From: an uncultured Actinomycetes bacterium
Lineage (GTDB): Bacteria > Actinomycetota > Thermoleophilia > Gaiellales > JALYLC01
Assembly: GCA_963705965.1 (NCBI GenBank)
Contig: CAVPLI010000001.1
Span: forward strand, 324,720 to 388,719
Direction: 5' to 3'
DNA length: 64,000 nt
Below, piece by piece: positions 55,718 to 64,000 of this stretch (position 1 is the stretch's first letter; every line of letters starts with the position of its first letter). The translations under genes were made by a program, and so were the position numbers. Under the pieces are notes generated by a model, which saw nothing but the letters and a program-made list of their open reading frames with translations, made no database searches and had not been told where the DNA came from.

Positions 55718-57213
55718 ACGTCGCCGCCGCTGCTCCTGCCGTTCGTCGTCGCGCTGCCGCCCGGCGCCTCGCGCCGCCGCCGGGCGCGCTGCCGCGCGCG
55801 CGCGCAGGTCACGGCGCTCGATCGCGAGCTCGGCCTCGTGCCGTGCGCCTGCCCGAAGCGCGGCGTCGCGCCGGCGCTGCGCCGCCTGCGCGCGGCGCCG
55901 GGCGTGCGCTACGTCGAGCGCGACGCGCCGGTCAGCTCGCCGCCGGCCGAGGGCTGCGGCGGCGTCGGCTCACGACGCCCGAGAAGCCGTTTCCGGGCTG
56001 GCGCAGCGCGATCCACCTGAGCAGCGCTCGGCCGCCGGGATGCTCGATCGGCATCGCCGACTCGGCGTCGACGACGATCGCCTCGCGCCGCGTCCAGGCA
56101 CCGCTGCTGAAGCTCGTCCGCCGGCGGCGCCAAGAGGCCGCAGGATCCGACTCGGGCACGGCACGGCCGTGGCCAGCCTCCTGCGTCGCCAACCGCCCGG
56201 ACGTCGGACGTCGTCGGCATCGTCCCGGACGCGACGCTGCTCGTCGGCGCGCATCATCAGCGCCGACCTCGTGCGCGCAGCCGGTGCTCGCGCAGCGGAC
56301 TGATCAAGGCGCTTCGGCTGGCTGCGCCGCCAGGGCGCGCAGGTCGTCAACGTCTCGGCGACGGCGCGTGCCCTCGCGCGCGCTGCGTCGACTCGCTGCG
56401 GGCGCTGCGAGCTCTCGGGCGCGCTGGTCGTCGCCGCCGTCGGCAACGGCGGCAGCGTCGCGCGCCGCGACCGCTTCCCGGCGTCGCAGCCCGGCGTGCT
56501 CGGCGTCGGCGCGCTCGCGCCGCGCTCCTCCACCAAGGTCGAGACGGACTCGACGCGCGGCCCGCAGGTCGATCTCGTCGCGCCGGCGGAGGGCATCAAG
56601 GTCGTCGCCTCGACGCCGATCTCGGCGGCCGCCGAGACGGCGATCGACACCCGGCGGGCACCTCGTTCGCCGCGCCGCTCGTGACCGGCGCCGCCGCGAT
56701 GGTGTGGGCGACGCACCGCGACTGGATCCGCCGCCGAGGTCGCGAATGCGCTCGTGCGCAGCGCCACGCCGCTCGCGGCGCGGCGCGCCGAACCGCGACT
56801 CGGGCTGCGGGCCGGCTCGACGTGCGGCGCGCGCTGCAGCATCGCGCCGCGTGCCCGATCCGCACGAGCCGAACGACTGGGTCGCCGCCGCGCTCGCGCC
56901 AGCGCCCGCTGCACCCCGGGCGCCGTCGTCGTCGCGAGCCTCGGCTATGCCGGCGACCCGGTCGACGCCTACACGGTGCGACGTGCCCGCCGGCGACGCA
57001 GGCCCGCGCGGTGCTGCGCACGGGCGGGGCCGGGATGACGCTGCGCCGCGCTCTCGGTGAAGCCGACCGACGCGCTGCGTCGCGGGCGTGCGCACGCGCA
57101 GCGCACGCGGCCGACCGCGCAGATCACGCTGCCGCCGGGCCGCTCGCTCCTGGTCGTCGACGCCGCGAGCCAGGGCGCCGGGCGCCTACACGCTCGCGCT
57201 CTCGGGCACCTGA
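55714..57213 (+). CDS. Subtilisin-like S8 serine peptidase with I9-type propeptide and C-terminal pre-peptidase-like domain; at least 8 frame changes (possible true pseudogene)
   Basis: [14 protein letters not shown] (signal), [29 protein letters not shown]-type (Asp), [10 protein letters not shown] (His), [26 protein letters not shown] (Ser) and PHEPNDW are present, ending ...YTLALSGT*. The blocks are scattered over all 3 frames. Confidence 0.55.
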
Positions 57214-58076
57214 GCGCCGCCGCGGTCGGCCGCCGCCGCGGCGCGCCCGCGCGCCGACCACCAGGTGATCGCGCCGCCGATCAGCACGATGTTGCCCATC
57301 AGGTAGAGCCAGACGAGCAGCACCGCCGCGCCGCCGAAGACCTTCAGCGCCGGCAGCGCCCTCGACCGTGCGCACGTAGAGCGGCAGCGCCTCGAACGTG
57401 ATCTGCAGCAGCGCGGTCGCGACCAGCGCGCCCGGCAGCACCTGGCGCGTCGTGAGCTCGGTGTTGGGCAGCGTGCGGTAGACGAGCAGCAGGAAGAGGA
57501 ACGTCGTCACGCGTGCTGATCGCGAGCGCCGCCGCCGATCCGCCAGACGGCGAGGTTGCGAGAGCCCGGGCGCGATCTCCGAGAGCGCCGTCTGGCTCGT
57601 GACCACGATCGTGAGGCCGAGCAGCAGGCCGATCAGCGCCGGCGCCCAGCAGGCCCGAGCATGACCAGCTTCTGGTGCAGGAAGCCGCGGTTGGGCAGCC
57701 CGTAGATCACGTTGAGCCCCGACTCGAGCGCCGAGAGGAAGCCGAGCGACGACCACAGCAGCGCGACGACGCCGATCAGGCCGATCTCGCGCGGCGTTCG
57801 ACTCGAGGCTGCGCACGAAGCCGCGCGAGGTCGCGCGCGCTCGTGCCCGGCAGGACGTGGCTGAGGTCGTGCAGCAGCGCCGAGGTCTCCTCGGGCCGCC
57901 CGATCGCGCTCACCAGCGAGGCCGCCAGGAACACGAACGGGAACAGCGAGAGCAGCGCGTAGTAGGCGAGCATCGCGGCCAGGTGCGGGCCGCGGGCGCC
58001 GAAGTAGCTGCGCAGGATCGGCCGAGACCATGTGCACGGGCCGCATCGCGCCGCTCGCGATCTCGGCGCGCCCCAT
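57186..58076 (-). CDS. YihY/BrkB-family membrane protein, heavily frame-disrupted
   Basis: AAMLAYYALLSLFPFVFLAASL, IGVVALLWSSLGFLSALESGLNVIYG, TFLFLLLVYRTLPN and LYLMGNIVLIGGAITWW are present with at least 5 frame changes. The 3' end overlaps the convergent S8 gene by 27 nt. Confidence 0.65.
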
Positions 58077-58239
58077 CAGGGCATTGAAGCGGGCCGAGCG
58101 GCGTCGGTCCGTCGCGCGCGACCTGGGCGGGTGCGCGCGGCGCCCTCGTCCCGGCGTGCGGACGTGCCGGATTTTCCGCTTGGGCGTACCGTTCGTGTGG
58201 TACGGTCCGCCCGTTCCATGCGGTCCGAGAAGGGTGCTT

Positions 58240-58665
58240 ATGGACGGGCATGAAGCGCTCGCCGACCTCAAGCAGATCTCCGTGCAGATCGAAGCCGCAG
58301 TGATCGCCGATCACAGCGGTGCGGTGCAGGCCTGCTCGCCGGACGACGCGGCCACGGGCGAGCTGCTCGCGCGGCTCGCGCTCGAGATCTGGGAGGCGGC
58401 CGACGCGCTCGCGCCGCGACCTCGGCCGCGACGCGCTCACGCAGGTCGAGCTCTCGACGGCGCAGGGCAGCGTGTTCGTCGTGCGCGATCGCCCGCCACG
58501 TGCTGCTCGCGACGACGGCGCCCGATCCCACGGTCGGGCCTCGTCTTCTACGACCTCAAGTCGGCGCTGCACGCGCTCGACGGCCAGCCCGGCCGCGCCG
58601 AGCCGACCGTCGTCTGGCAGGCCGATGCCGGCGTGGGCCCGGAGGGCGGCGATGGCGCGGCGTAA
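58240..58665 (+). CDS. Roadblock/LC7 (MglB-like) domain protein, three +1 frame changes that restore the original frame
   Basis: LADLKQISVQIEAAVIADHSGAV, DALTQVELSTAQGSVFVVRD, LLATTAPDPTVG and LVFYDLKSAL are present. The middle segment (about 58430-58545) reads in the two other frames. Confidence 0.55.
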   Translation: MDGHEALADLKQISVQIEAAVIADHSGAVQACSPDDAATGELLARLALEIWEAADALAPRPRPRRAHAGRALDGAGQRVRRARSPATCCSRRRRPIPRSGLVFYDLKSALHALDGQPGRAEPTVVWQADAGVGPEGGDGAA

Positions 58666-58871
58666 GCGCAAGGTTGCTCGGGGCCGTCGACGCTCGCGGT
58701 CGGATCGGCGGCGGGCTCCGCGCTGATCTTCAAGCGCAAGCGCGAGCGCAACGCGAGCCGCGCCGACCTCTACTTCGAGGACGGCTCGATGCTCTCGCTG
58801 TCGCAGGGCGCGCCCGAGGCGGACCGCTGCTGCCGCTCGCCGCCGAGGCGCTCGCGGCCACCGGCCGGTGA
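58652..58871 (+). CDS. Small basic hypothetical protein bridging the roadblock-like gene and pyrE (frame-disrupted)
   Basis: The ATG overlaps the upstream stop and the TGA overlaps the pyrE GTG. The reconstruction is MARRKRKVARG / STLAVGSAAGSALIFKRKRERNASRADLYFEDGSMLSLSQGAPEADR / LLPLAAEALAATGR* over 3 frames. Confidence 0.3.
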
Positions 58872-59407
58872 CGCGCGCCGAGCTCGCCCGTCGCGTCGCG
58901 GAGCGCGCGCTGCTGCACGGCGACTTCGTGCTGCGCTCGGGCAAGCGCTCGTCGGTCTACCTCGACAAGTACCGCTTCGAGACCGATCCGGCGCTGCTCG
59001 GGCCGATCGGCGAGGCGCTCGGCGAGCTGATCGCGCGCAGCGCTGCCCGCGCCCGACCGGCTCGCCGGGCCCGGAGCTCGGCGCGGTGCCGCTCGCGGCG
59101 GCCGCGGCGCTGGCCACGCGGCATCCCGTTCCTGATCGTGCGCAAGGCGACCAAGGACTACGGCACCGAGGGTCGCATCGAGGGCGTCTACGAGGCCGGC
59201 GAGCGCGTGCTCGTGGTCGAGGACGTCGTCACCACGGGCGGCGCCCTGATCGCGGCCATCGAGGCGCTGCGCGCGGCGGATCTGGTCGTCGAGACCGCAC
59301 TCTGCGTGCTCGATCGCGAAGAAGGCGGAAACGAGGCCCTCGCGGCACTCGGCGTCCGCCTCGAGCCGCTCTTCCGCCGTGCCGATCTGGGCATGCCGGT
59401 CGCGTAG
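58868..59407 (+). CDS. pyrE: Orotate phosphoribosyltransferase (three +1 frame changes within about 70 nt restore the frame)
   Basis: GDFVLRSGKRSSVYLD, LAGPELGAVPLAAAAALAT (other frames, 59038-59110), IPFLIVRKATKDYG and VLVVEDVVTTGG (PRPP motif) are present. Confidence 0.85.
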   Translation: MTRAELARRVAERALLHGDFVLRSGKRSSVYLDKYRFETDPALLGPIGEALGELIARSAARARPARRARSSARCRSRRPRRWPRGIPFLIVRKATKDYGTEGRIEGVYEAGERVLVVEDVVTTGGALIAAIEALRAADLVVETALCVLDREEGGNEALAALGVRLEPLFRRADLGMPVA

Positions 59408-59416
59408 AGGCCGGGT

Positions 59417-59447
59417 GATTCCGCTGCACACGGCGGAATCCTGTTGT
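59417..59447 (+). terminator. Hairpin after pyrE
   Basis: GATTCCGC-(TGCACACG)-GCGGAATC is followed by CTGTTGT. The stem is modest and the U-tract weak. Confidence 0.4.
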
Positions 59448-59536
59448 ACGAGTGGGTTTGCGGCTTGTCGCGTGTGCTCCGGCCGCTCGGGTGTAAGCGT
59501 GCGCACCGGCAGGCCCGAAACGGTGCCGATGGGCAC

Positions 59537-59560
59537 GAAACCGCATGGCCATGCGGTTTC
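59537..59560. promoter_or_regulatory. Perfect 24-bp palindrome upstream of hup
   Basis: GAAACCGCATGGCCATGCGGTTTC lies 57 nt upstream of the hup ATG, within a 209-nt intergenic region of locally lower GC. Confidence 0.4.
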
Positions 59561-59616
59561 CCGTCCGATGCCTCTGCTAGCGTGCTCGCGGTTCCCAACC
59601 GAGGAGGAATTCCACG

Positions 59617-59895
59617 ATGACCAAGGGTGAGTTCATCGACGAGGTGGCGACGCGCACCGGGCTGTCCAAGAAGGACGCCGGGGCCGCGGTCGACGCCGTG
59701 CTCTCGACGATCAGCGACACGCTGAAGAAGGGTGGAGACGTCGCCTTCACCGGCTTCGGCAAGTTCCACGTCACGAAGCGCTCGGCGCGCACCGGCGTCA
59801 ACCCGCGGAACCCGGGTCAGAAGGTCCAGATCCCCGCGGCGACCGTGCCGAAGTTCTCCGCCGGCTCGACGCTCAAGGCCGCCGTCCGCGGCTAG
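59617..59895 (+). CDS. hup: HU-family nucleoid-associated DNA-binding protein
   Basis: Intact 92 aa with GAGGAGG upstream. Conserved blocks are MTKGEFIDEVA, GFGKFHVTKRSARTGVNPRNPGQKVQIPA and VPKFSAGSTLK. Confidence 0.9.
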   Translation: MTKGEFIDEVATRTGLSKKDAGAAVDAVLSTISDTLKKGGDVAFTGFGKFHVTKRSARTGVNPRNPGQKVQIPAATVPKFSAGSTLKAAVRG

Positions 59896-59908
59896 CAGGC
59901 TGCCCGGA

Positions 59909-59963
59909 GGTGGCGTCCGCCCGATCTGCGAACATACGTTCGCATGGCTGGACGGACGCCACC
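59909..59963 (+). terminator. Nested hairpin after hup that also engulfs the predicted start codon of the next gene
   Basis: The outer stem is GGTGGCGTCCG (59909-19) / CGGACGCCACC (59953-63). The inner stem is TGCGAAC-ATAC-GTTCGCA (59927-44). The ATG at 59944 begins at the last base of the inner stem. Confidence 0.45.
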
Positions 59964-61932
59964 CCCTCGCGGGCCTCGCGTCGCTCCGCTCCAGCTGGAG
60001 CTCGGAGCGGCTGACCGGCTCGCGGCACTGATCGAGGAGAGCGGCGAGCCGCTCGCTCCCGAGCGGGCCGCGGGTGCGCTGCTGGCGCTGCCGCGCGTGC
60101 CGGGAGAGCTGGCACGGCGTGTGCTCGAGGAGGTCGTGCAGGACGATGCGCGCCTCGTGCGCCACGACGACGGGCGCGTCGGTCTCGTCGGGCTCGCGCC
60201 GCCGCCGCGCACGCCGCTGGACGAGGCGGCCTGGACGATCGTCGACCTCGAGACGACCGGCGTCGGGGCGAGTGCCCGCATCGTCGAGATCGGGGCCGTG
60301 CGCCTCGAGGGCGATCGGCAGGTCGGGACGATCTCGCGCCTGGTCGACCCCGGCATTCCGATGCCGCCGCGCATCACCCAGATCACGGGCATCCGCGATC
60401 GCGACCTGGCGGGCGCCGGCCCGCTGCGTCCGGCGATCGCCGAGCTGCTCGCACTCGCGCGCGGCAGCATCTTCGTGGCCCACAACGCGTCCTTCGACGT
60501 CGGCATGCTCGACCGCGCGCTGATGCGGCTCGACGGCACGCGCGTGGGCATGCGCGTGCTCGACACCGTCGCGCTCGCCCGGCGCCTGCTCGCCGGGCGG
60601 CTCGCGCGCTTCGACCTCGCGAGCGTGTCCGAGCGCTTCGACGTGACCGTGCGGCCCTGCCATCGCGCGCTGCCCGACGCGCTCGCGACGGCCGAGGTGC
60701 TGGTCGCGCTGATCGGGCTCGCCCAGGAGCGCGGGGCGGAGACCGCCGAGGACGTGATGGCGCTGGCGCTGGCTCCCCCGCGGCGCGCGCGCCAGCAGCG
60801 GCACCTCGCGACCGGCCTGCCCGCCGGGCCCGGCGTCTACGTGATGCGCGACCGCCTCGGCCAGGCGCTCTACGTCGGCAAGGCCGGCGACCTGCGCACC
60901 CGCGTGCGCTCGTACTTCGGCCCGCGCCGGCAGCCGCCGCGCATCGAGGGCGCGCTCGCGGCGCTCGCGAAGATCGACTCGGCGCCCACGGGCTCGGAGC
61001 TCGAGGCGGCGCTCTGCGAGCTCGACCTGATCCGCCGCTGGCGGCCGCCCGGGAACGTGCGCGACAAGCGGCCGGACAAGGCCGTCTACCTGCGGCTGGG
61101 ACTCGCCGAGCATGCGCCCGCGCTCGGCGTGCGCGAGGTGGTGCGCGACGACGGCGCCGTGTACGCCGGGCCGTTCCCGTCCCGCCGGCGCGCGACCGAG
61201 GCCGCCGAGGCACTGCGCGACGCATACGGCCTGCGCACGTGCCGGCCGCGGGTGCCGGTCGACGACGGCCGCTGCCTGCGCGGTGCCGCCGGGCGGTGCC
61301 TGGCACCGTGCCGCGGCGGCGACGACGCACTCGCCTATGCCCGTTCTGCGCGTGCGCTGGCCGCCTGGCTGGCGGGGGAGGAGGCGGTCGTCGACGCGCC
61401 CTTGCGCGAGCGCGTGGCGCGTCTGATCTCGCAGCACCGCTTCGAGGACGCGCGGCGCACCACGACGCCTGATGGATTCGCTGCGCGCGGTGGATGCGCA
61501 GGTCGCGACGATCCGGCGTGCGAGCCGGCGCACGGGCGTCCTGCTCGCAGCCGACCTCGATCCGCGCCACGTCGTCGCGTTCGCCGTGGTGCGCGGCGCG
61601 CTCGTCGCCAAGCGCCGTCTGCCGCGCGCGGGCGATCCCGGACTCGAGCTCGGGGCGCTCGCGCAGTCGCTCGAGCGCGCCCTCGACCCGGCCGAGGCGC
61701 TCGCACCGCGCGCCGAGGGGCCGTGGCTCCCGGCGGAGCGCTCCGCCGAGGCGCTGCTGCTGGCAGCAGGCCTTCGCCGGGCGCGCGCCGGGCGTGGTGC
61801 CGATCGCCTGCACGGCGCCGGACGCCCTCGCGCTCAAGCGCGTCGAAGGCGCGCGCCGCCGCGTGCCGCTGCGCGTGGCCCTGCCCGCCGGGCCGCCACG
61901 CGCGAGCCGACGAGCTCGCCGCCGTGGCCTGA
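59944..61932 (+). CDS. DEDDh 3'-5' exonuclease (DnaQ-like) fused to a GIY-YIG (UvrC/Cho-like) nuclease domain; C-terminal third frame-disrupted
   Basis: Exo motifs are WTIVDLETTG, FVAHNASFDVGML and HRALPDALATAEV. The GIY-YIG part is GPGVYVMRDRLGQALYVGKAGDLRTRVRSYF and ELEAALCELDLIRRWRPPGN. Frame changes occur from about 61465 onward. Confidence 0.75.
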   Translation: MAGRTPPPRGPRVAPLQLELGAADRLAALIEESGEPLAPERAAGALLALPRVPGELARRVLEEVVQDDARLVRHDDGRVGLVGLAPPPRTPLDEAAWTIVDLETTGVGASARIVEIGAVRLEGDRQVGTISRLVDPGIPMPPRITQITGIRDRDLAGAGPLRPAIAELLALARGSIFVAHNASFDVGMLDRALMRLDGTRVGMRVLDTVALARRLLAGRLARFDLASVSERFDVTVRPCHRALPDALATAEVLVALIGLAQERGAETAEDVMALALAPPRRARQQRHLATGLPAGPGVYVMRDRLGQALYVGKAGDLRTRVRSYFGPRRQPPRIEGALAALAKIDSAPTGSELEAALCELDLIRRWRPPGNVRDKRPDKAVYLRLGLAEHAPALGVREVVRDDGAVYAGPFPSRRRATEAAEALRDAYGLRTCRPRVPVDDGRCLRGAAGRCLAPCRGGDDALAYARSARALAAWLAGEEAVVDAPLRERVARLISQHRFEDARRTTTPDGFAARGGCAGRDDPACEPAHGRPARSRPRSAPRRRVRRGARRARRQAPSAARGRSRTRARGARAVARARPRPGRGARTARRGAVAPGGALRRGAAAGSRPSPGARRAWCRSPARRRTPSRSSASKARAAACRCAWPCPPGRHARADELAAVA

Positions 61933-61972
61933 GAGGTCCTGGCCCCCGGAGCCCAGGCGGTAGCCTGACGGC

Positions 61973-62842
61973 GTGGCGAGCAGCTTCCGGGAGCGTCTCG
62001 AGCGGATGGCGGCTGAGCGGAGGAGCGTGCTGTGCGTCGGTCTCGATCCGCGGCCCGACCTGTTCCCGGACGAGGTGTTCCGCGGCGTGCGCGACGGCCC
62101 CGCGGGCCTCGCGCGGGCGATGGAGCGGTTCTGCACGGGCATCGTCGACGCCGTGGCCGAGCACGCGGTCGCCGTCAAGCCGCAGCTCGCGTTCTTCGAG
62201 CAGGCGGGCCACAACGGTCTCGCGGCGGTCGAGCGCATCGCCGAGCACGCGCGCGAGCGCGGTCTCCTGGTGATCGCCGACGGCAAGCGCGGGGACATCG
62301 GATCGACCGCCGAGGCCTATGCGTCGGCGTATCTCGCGCCGCGGCGCTCCTCGCCTCCGCTGGCCGATGCGCTGACCGTCAATCCGTACCTGGGAGCGGA
62401 CTCGCTGGAGCCGTTCGCTGACGCCTGCCGGGCCTCCGGCGGTCTGATGTTCGTGCTCGTGCGCACGTCGAATCCCGGCGGCGCCGACCTCCAGGAGCTC
62501 GAGCTGGCCGACGGCTCGCGCGTGTGGGAGCGCGTGGCGCGCATCGTCGACTCGCTCGCCCCGGTCGCAGGCGCCGTGGTCGGCGCGACGCAGCCGGGTG
62601 CCGTCGCGCGAGCGCGGGAGCTCATGCCGCACGCGACGTTCCTGCTGCCCGGCATCGGCGCGCAGGGCGGCGACGTGGCTGCGCTCGGACCGGCGTTCGC
62701 GCCCGGAGCGGCGGGCGGCCTCGTGAGCGCGTCGCGCTCGGTGCTCTACGCCTCGCGCGAGAACGGCCGCTGGCAGGCCGAGGCGGCGGCCGAGGCGAGC
62801 CGCCTCAGAGAGGCGGCCTGGGCGGTCGTGGAGGGCGCGTGA
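61973..62842 (+). CDS. pyrF: Orotidine 5'-phosphate decarboxylase (long, type 2)
   Basis: Intact 289-aa frame with LCVGLDP, VKPQLAFFE, IADGKRGDIGST and LLPGIGAQGG. Confidence 0.85.
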   Translation: MASSFRERLERMAAERRSVLCVGLDPRPDLFPDEVFRGVRDGPAGLARAMERFCTGIVDAVAEHAVAVKPQLAFFEQAGHNGLAAVERIAEHARERGLLVIADGKRGDIGSTAEAYASAYLAPRRSSPPLADALTVNPYLGADSLEPFADACRASGGLMFVLVRTSNPGGADLQELELADGSRVWERVARIVDSLAPVAGAVVGATQPGAVARARELMPHATFLLPGIGAQGGDVAALGPAFAPGAAGGLVSASRSVLYASRENGRWQAEAAAEASRLREAAWAVVEGA

Positions 62843-63384
62843 GCAAGCGCGCGCCCCGACCGCGACGGAAGAAACGGCCGAGAGCACCGGGCGCCCGCCG
62901 CTCGCCGTGGAACTACCTGGCCCCGGCCGCGCTGCTCCTCGCGGTGACGGCGATCACGCTGATCCTCGCGAGCGCGGGCGTGCTCGGGCATACGTCCGAC
63001 GGGGACTCGCCGGTCGTCACCGCCCGCGGCGGGCCGGTCGAGACGCTGCCCGTGCCGTCGACCGCGCCGCCGCCCGCGCCTCCGCCGCCCCAGCCGCAGC
63101 CCGTGCCGCCGCCCGCGCCGCCCGAGCCGCCGCCGCCCGCGACCACCGCCGAGACGACGGCCTCGACCACGACGACGACCACGACGGATACGTCGACCAC
63201 CGAGACGACGACCGGAGACGACCAGCAGCGTCGGCCAGCACGTGAAGTGGACGGTCAAGCCCGGCGACACGCTGGCCTCGATCGCCACGCAGTTCGGGAC
63301 GACGCGTGCGAGGCGCTTCTGCGCCTGAATCCGAGCATCGATCCGGACACGCTGCAGATCGGACAGGAGATAATCGTGCGCTGA
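62839..63384 (+). CDS. Membrane-anchored Pro/Thr-rich protein with C-terminal LysM domain (two compensating frame changes)
   Basis: The GTG overlaps the pyrF stop. A TM helix (LAPAALLLAVTAITLILASA) is followed by the PPPAPPPPQPQPVPPPAPPEPPPP and T-rich tracts. The LysM block is WTVKPGDTLASIATQFGTT / EALLRLNPSIDPDTLQIGQEIIV, with the frame off between about 63230 and 63305. Confidence 0.7.
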   Translation: MSKRAPRPRRKKRPRAPGARRSPWNYLAPAALLLAVTAITLILASAGVLGHTSDGDSPVVTARGGPVETLPVPSTAPPPAPPPPQPQPVPPPAPPEPPPPATTAETTASTTTTTTTDTSTTETTTGDDQQRRPAREVDGQARRHAGLDRHAVRDDACEALLRLNPSIDPDTLQIGQEIIVR

Positions 63385-63415
63385 TGCGGCGACCCGGTGC
63401 CGGAGCGTGCTGCGG

Positions 63416-64000
63416 CTAGAACTCCTCACCGGGCACCGGCGGCGGTGGTCGTAGCGCGGTAAGCGTGATCAGGCAGACGTCGAGCCCGAAGCCGAGCACG
63501 CCCGTGCCGACCAGGAGCGCGGTCAGGGTGAGCGGCGTGGCGCCGCTGTCGAACGAGGGCCCGAGCGCAGCGGCGAGCACGAACGAGATGGTCAGCCACA
63601 CGGCGGTGACGCCGAGCGAGGCACCCGGGCGGCGCAGGACGACGTGCAGGCTGGAGCGGAACGCCCCCAGCAGGCCGAGGTCGTCGATCACGATCGCGTA
63701 GTCGGCATAGAGCGTGAAGAGGAGCACCCCCAGCAGCACCGGCGGCCCGATCTCGGGCACGTCGGCCTTCTCGAGGATGCCGATGCCGAACGCGAGCGGT
63801 GTCACGACGCAGACGTCGAGCAGCACGAGGCGGACGACCGAGGGCCATGCCGGCCGCGGAAAGCCGCCCGTCGTGGCGAGTGCGCGGATGTAGGAGGCGC
63901 GGATCCAGGCCATCGGCCATGGCCGCACGAACACGTACAGCGCGACCGCCGCCGCGCACGCCCAGTCGCCCCCGACGGCGCGGTCGAGCGCGTCGGCGAG
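63416..64000 (-). CDS. Hypothetical integral membrane protein, 5' end beyond the window
   Basis: The open frame continues past Met 63934 to the window edge. Multiple hydrophobic segments are present (VVRLVLLDVCVVTPLAFGIGIL, PVLLGVLLFTLYADYAIV, GVTAVWLTISFVLAAALG). Confidence 0.5.
   Translation of the reverse strand, partial: LADALDRAVGGDWACAAAVALYVFVRPWPMAWIRASYIRALATTGGFPRPAWPSVVRLVLLDVCVVTPLAFGIGILEKADVPEIGPPVLLGVLLFTLYADYAIVIDDLGLLGAFRSSLHVVLRRPGASLGVTAVWLTISFVLAAALGPSFDSGATPLTLTALLVGTGVLGFGLDVCLITLTALRPPPPVPGEEF

Noticed and set aside
63050-63235. A repetitive-looking stretch (CCGCC/GCCGCC and ACGACG runs), considered as a possible tandem repeat, CRISPR-like array or microsatellite.
   Set aside because: It is the Pro-rich (PPPAPPPPQPQPVPPPAPPEPPPP) and Thr-rich (TTASTTTTTTTDTSTTETTT) linker of the LysM protein. 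It has no regular repeat-spacer architecture.

Overview
Very GC-rich bacterial chromosomal segment. Gene content and synteny suggest a deep-branching high-GC Gram-positive (actinobacterial-type) lineage, but the taxon is inference only. I can support about 65 protein genes, nearly all core metabolism or housekeeping. In order they are: a dimethylglycine-oxidase-like gene, a PHP phosphatase, ispF, an M29 aminopeptidase, mutY, gltX-cysS-rlmB, a Bacillus-type sigH, ybdK-like ligase, an OYE/FadH-like reductase, a Cache-GGDEF-HD-GYP sensor, phoA, an aminotransferase plus acyl-CoA dehydrogenase pair, tRNA-Thr(UGU), a GT4 glycosyltransferase, a secreted His-rich cupredoxin and secG. These are followed by leuB-ilvB-ilvN-ilvC divergent from leuA, a CPA1 antiporter, GNAT, LysE, a tandem HD-GYP protein, aat, a class-III aminotransferase, a PotD-like binding protein, an NlpC/P60 hydrolase, a DapA-family lyase and MFS-glpD-glpK-glpF. 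The window ends with two citrate synthases, xseA/xseB, an SDR, an ankyrin protein, murI, rph-rdgB, an S8 protease, yihY, a roadblock-like gene coupled to pyrE, hup, a DEDDh/GIY-YIG nuclease, pyrF and a LysM protein. I saw no rRNA, CRISPR array, transposase, integrase or prophage signal, and no convincing novel multi-gene system. The dominant observation is that roughly 45 of these genes change reading frame one or more times as sequenced, about 80-90 breaks by my rough count. Affected genes include normally indispensable ones (gltX, cysS, murI, pyrE, rph). The breaks are clustered and sit at short G/C runs where I could resolve them, which fits consensus indel errors much better than biology. 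Because of this, many long ORFs in the supplied track are chimeras of real coding sequence and antisense read-through. Smaller signals worth a second look are listed here. (1) A Leu-rich leader uORF before leuA. (2) 11-bp-phased PHO-box-like repeats before phoA. (3) A possible ydaO/c-di-AMP-type leader before the NlpC/P60 gene. (4) Phased repeats and a promoter before sigH. (5) Several perfect palindromes and a shared hairpin core.
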